In this document: positions 23,058-25,581 of the stretch, piece after piece
Layout: each line of letters opens with the position of its first letter
How positions within the stretch are numbered: position 1 is the first letter of the stretch
From: a virus
Taxonomy: Duplodnaviria > Caudoviricetes
Reading direction: 5' to 3' (one strand)
Length of the DNA: 25,581 nucleotides
Virus record (IMG/VR): IMGVR_UViG_3300020220_000293
Span: 1 to 25,581 of that record
Notes under the pieces: generated by a model
Seen by the model: the letters and a program-made list of their open reading frames with translations, nothing else
Told to the model about the DNA's origin: nothing
Database searches by the model: none
Program-made: the position numbers and the translations under genes

Positions 23058-25581
23058 ATGGCGAATGAATTTATTGTCCGTAACGGCCTAAAGGCCCTAA
23101 ATAATTCACAAGTTACAGGATCTCTCTCTATTTCCGGATCACTTGCCGTTCCGGCTATACCTTTAGGTTCAACTGAAACTAATGTAGTAGTAACTGATAC
23201 GGATGGAACTTTTAAATATAGAACTAATCTTAGTCTCCAAGGTACACAAGGAATTCAAGGTATTCAAGGCAATACCGGTACTCAAGGCATCCAAGGTACG
23301 CAAGGCATACAAGGTACTCAAGGAATTCAAGGTATTCAAGGTATTCAAGGTAATAACGGAACCCAAGGTATCCAAGGTACGCAAGGCATACAAGGTACTC
23401 AAGGAATTCAAGGTATTCAAGGTAATAACGGAATCCAAGGCATTCAAGGAATACAAGGAACCCAAGGAATACAAGGAACCCAAGGAATACAAGGTAATAC
23501 AGGAATACAAGGTATACAAGGCATACAAGGAACTACCGGTCCTCAAGGAACTCAGGGCGTTCAGGGCTCAACCGGAACCCAGGGACTACAGGGCATACAA
23601 GGTATTCAAGGTACACAAGGAACACAGGGTATTCAAGGAATTCAAGGCTTAACCGGAACCCAAGGAATTCAAGGCGTACAGGGTATTACCGGTCCACAAG
23701 GCACGCAAGGTACTCAAGGAATTCAAGGGGTACAAGGCATAATTGGTGCTCAAGGTAGTCAAGGAACACAAGGTATTCAAGGAATACAAGGAATACAAGG
23801 AATACAAGGTACACAGGGTACTCAAGGAATACAAGGTACACAAGGCACACAAGGTATTCAAGGAGTGCAAGGAACTACCGGTACACAAGGTACACAAGGA
23901 ATACAAGGTACACAAGGAATACAAGGCGTACAGGGTATAACCGGTATTCAAGGTATTCAAGGTATACAAGGTATACAAGGTTCTCAAGGCACTCAGGGGA
24001 TTCAAGGCGTACAAGGTACTCAAGGAATACAAGGAACACAAGGAACACAGGGAACACAAGGTACCCAAGGCATTCAAGGAGTGCAAGGAACTACCGGTAC
24101 TCAAGGTATTCAAGGTATTACAGGACCACAAGGTATACAAGGTATTCAAGGTATTCAAGGTACACAGGGTATTCAAGGCACGCAAGGTACGCAAGGCATT
24201 CAAGGTATACAGGGAATACAAGGTACGCAAGGGACTCAAGGGACTCAAGGAACGCAGGGTATCCAAGGCATACAAGGTACGCAAGGAATACAGGGTATAC
24301 AGGGGGTACAAGGCATAACTGGAACCCAAGGTATCCAGGGTATTACTGGCCCTCAAGGTACGCAAGGAATCCAAGGTACGCAAGGAATTCAAGGAATTCA
24401 AGGGATTCAGGGTACCCAAGGTACACAGGGTATACAAGGCCCCCAGGGTACACAAGGAATACAAGGTATTCAGGGAATTCAAGGTACAACAGGACCGCAA
24501 GGTACTCAAGGTACTCAAGGAATTCAAGGGATACAAGGTAACACTGGTACGCAAGGAACCCAGGGAACTCAAGGAATCCAAGGTATACAAGGAATACAAG
24601 GTACGCAAGGTACACAGGGAACTCAAGGAACTCAAGGAATACAAGGCATTCAAGGTACACAAGGAATTCAAGGTATTCAAGGTACAACCGGTACACAAGG
24701 TATACAAGGCATACAAGGAACTACCGGTCCTCAAGGAACTCAAGGCATCCAAGGTACTCAAGGTACTCAAGGCATCCAAGGCATTCAGGGAATACAAGGT
24801 ACACAAGGCACAACTGGCGCTCAAGGTATACAAGGTAATACTGGTACTCAAGGAACACAAGGAACACAGGGAACGCAAGGTACGCAAGGTACGCAAGGCA
24901 TTCAAGGAGTACAAGGCTTAACTGGAACTCAAGGTATCCAAGGTATTACAGGACCGCAAGGTACACAGGGTGTACAAGGTACCCAAGGTATACAGGGTAT
25001 TCAAGGCACGCAAGGTATACAGGGTATTCAAGGCATACAGGGAATACAAGGTACGCAAGGTACTCAAGGTACAATTGGTACACAAGGTATACAAGGCATA
25101 CAAGGTACTCAAGGAACACAAGGAATCCAGGGTATACAAGGCACCCAAGGAACTCAAGGAATTCAAGGTATACAAGGTACAACAGGACCTCAAGGTACGC
25201 AAGGAACCCAAGGTACTCAAGGGATACAAGGTAATACCGGTACCCAAGGAACACAAGGAACACAAGGAACCCAAGGTATCCAAGGCAATACCGGTATCCA
25301 AGGTATCCAAGGTATTCAAGGTATACAAGGAACTACTGGACCTCAAGGAACACAAGGAACACAAGGTATCCAAGGTATTCAAGGTATACAAGGAACTACT
25401 GGACCTCAAGGAACACAGGGAACACAAGGAACAACTGGTACGCAGGGCATTCAAGGCGTAACTGGTCCTCAAGGTACTCAAGGCATACAAGGTATTCAAG
25501 GAACACAAGGTACTACTGGTGCACAAGGAATTCAAGGTATACAAGGTATAACTGGCCCTACTGGACCGACAGGTCCGCAAG
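23058..25581 (+). CDS. giant collagen-like fibre protein (truncated by window end)
   Basis: MANEFIVRNGLKALNNSQVTGSLSISGS... 61-aa head, then Gly-X-Y from 23241 to the end; absent from the ORF track because there is no stop in the window. Confidence 0.9.
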   Translation, partial: MANEFIVRNGLKALNNSQVTGSLSISGSLAVPAIPLGSTETNVVVTDTDGTFKYRTNLSLQGTQGIQGIQGNTGTQGIQGTQGIQGTQGIQGIQGIQGNNGTQGIQGTQGIQGTQGIQGIQGNNGIQGIQGIQGTQGIQGTQGIQGNTGIQGIQGIQGTTGPQGTQGVQGSTGTQGLQGIQGIQGTQGTQGIQGIQGLTGTQGIQGVQGITGPQGTQGTQGIQGVQGIIGAQGSQGTQGIQGIQGIQGIQGTQGTQGIQGTQGTQGIQGVQGTTGTQGTQGIQGTQGIQGVQGITGIQGIQGIQGIQGSQGTQGIQGVQGTQGIQGTQGTQGTQGTQGIQGVQGTTGTQGIQGITGPQGIQGIQGIQGTQGIQGTQGTQGIQGIQGIQGTQGTQGTQGTQGIQGIQGTQGIQGIQGVQGITGTQGIQGITGPQGTQGIQGTQGIQGIQGIQGTQGTQGIQGPQGTQGIQGIQGIQGTTGPQGTQGTQGIQGIQGNTGTQGTQGTQGIQGIQGIQGTQGTQGTQGTQGIQGIQGTQGIQGIQGTTGTQGIQGIQGTTGPQGTQGIQGTQGTQGIQGIQGIQGTQGTTGAQGIQGNTGTQGTQGTQGTQGTQGTQGIQGVQGLTGTQGIQGITGPQGTQGVQGTQGIQGIQGTQGIQGIQGIQGIQGTQGTQGTIGTQGIQGIQGTQGTQGIQGIQGTQGTQGIQGIQGTTGPQGTQGTQGTQGIQGNTGTQGTQGTQGTQGIQGNTGIQGIQGIQGIQGTTGPQGTQGTQGIQGIQGIQGTTGPQGTQGTQGTTGTQGIQGVTGPQGTQGIQGIQGTQGTTGAQGIQGIQGITGPTGPTGPQ
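23241..25580 (+). repeat. degenerate 9-bp repeat encoding 260 Gly-X-Y triplets (mostly GIQ/GTQ)
   Basis: GGN-(ATH/ACN)-CAR pattern; Gly codons at 23241 and 25572 are in the same 9-nt register. Confidence 0.95.

Noticed and set aside
23169-25580. Long minus-strand and alternative-frame ORFs (for example 23649-24914 and 24918-25580)
   Set aside because: These are shadows of the 9-bp collagen repeat; the real frame is the + strand Gly-X-Y ORF from 23058.
1-25581. Stop-codon reassignment
   Set aside because: Core genes are intact and tightly packed under the standard code. The one broken gene (15817) needs a frameshift, not readthrough.

Overview
This is a 25.6 kb, single-strand (+) virion morphogenesis region of a large T4-like tailed phage. 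AT-rich start contexts mostly without Shine-Dalgarno sites hint at a Bacteroidota-type host (inference only). Gene order: small hypothetical genes with a GH19 endolysin; terminase large subunit; gp20-like portal; prohead-core/internal proteins; gp21-like prohead protease; gp22-like scaffold; gp23-like major capsid protein (MCP); a frameshifted small gene; phoH; gp13/gp14/gp15-like neck and tail-terminator genes; Ser/Gly/Thr-rich fibre genes; and a collagen-like gene with at least 260 Gly-X-Y triplets running off the end. The main unexplained structure is a candidate capsid-cargo addressing system. Six otherwise unrelated small proteins share an N-terminal leader (LxE-[IV]-x-[RQK]-[LM]-Q-x-[IL]-AG-[ILV]-LxE) that matches the scaffold's extreme C-terminus (RWQQLAGIKK) and is flanked by gp21-type cleavage sites. 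One such gene follows a synonymously recoded duplicate of the protease 3' end. A separate core protein carries a 12-aa exact copy of the predicted mature MCP N-terminus. A TATTTAT motif precedes 12 gene starts, and the three long leaders behind it all contain RNA hairpins. All family calls are from motif recognition; no searches were run.
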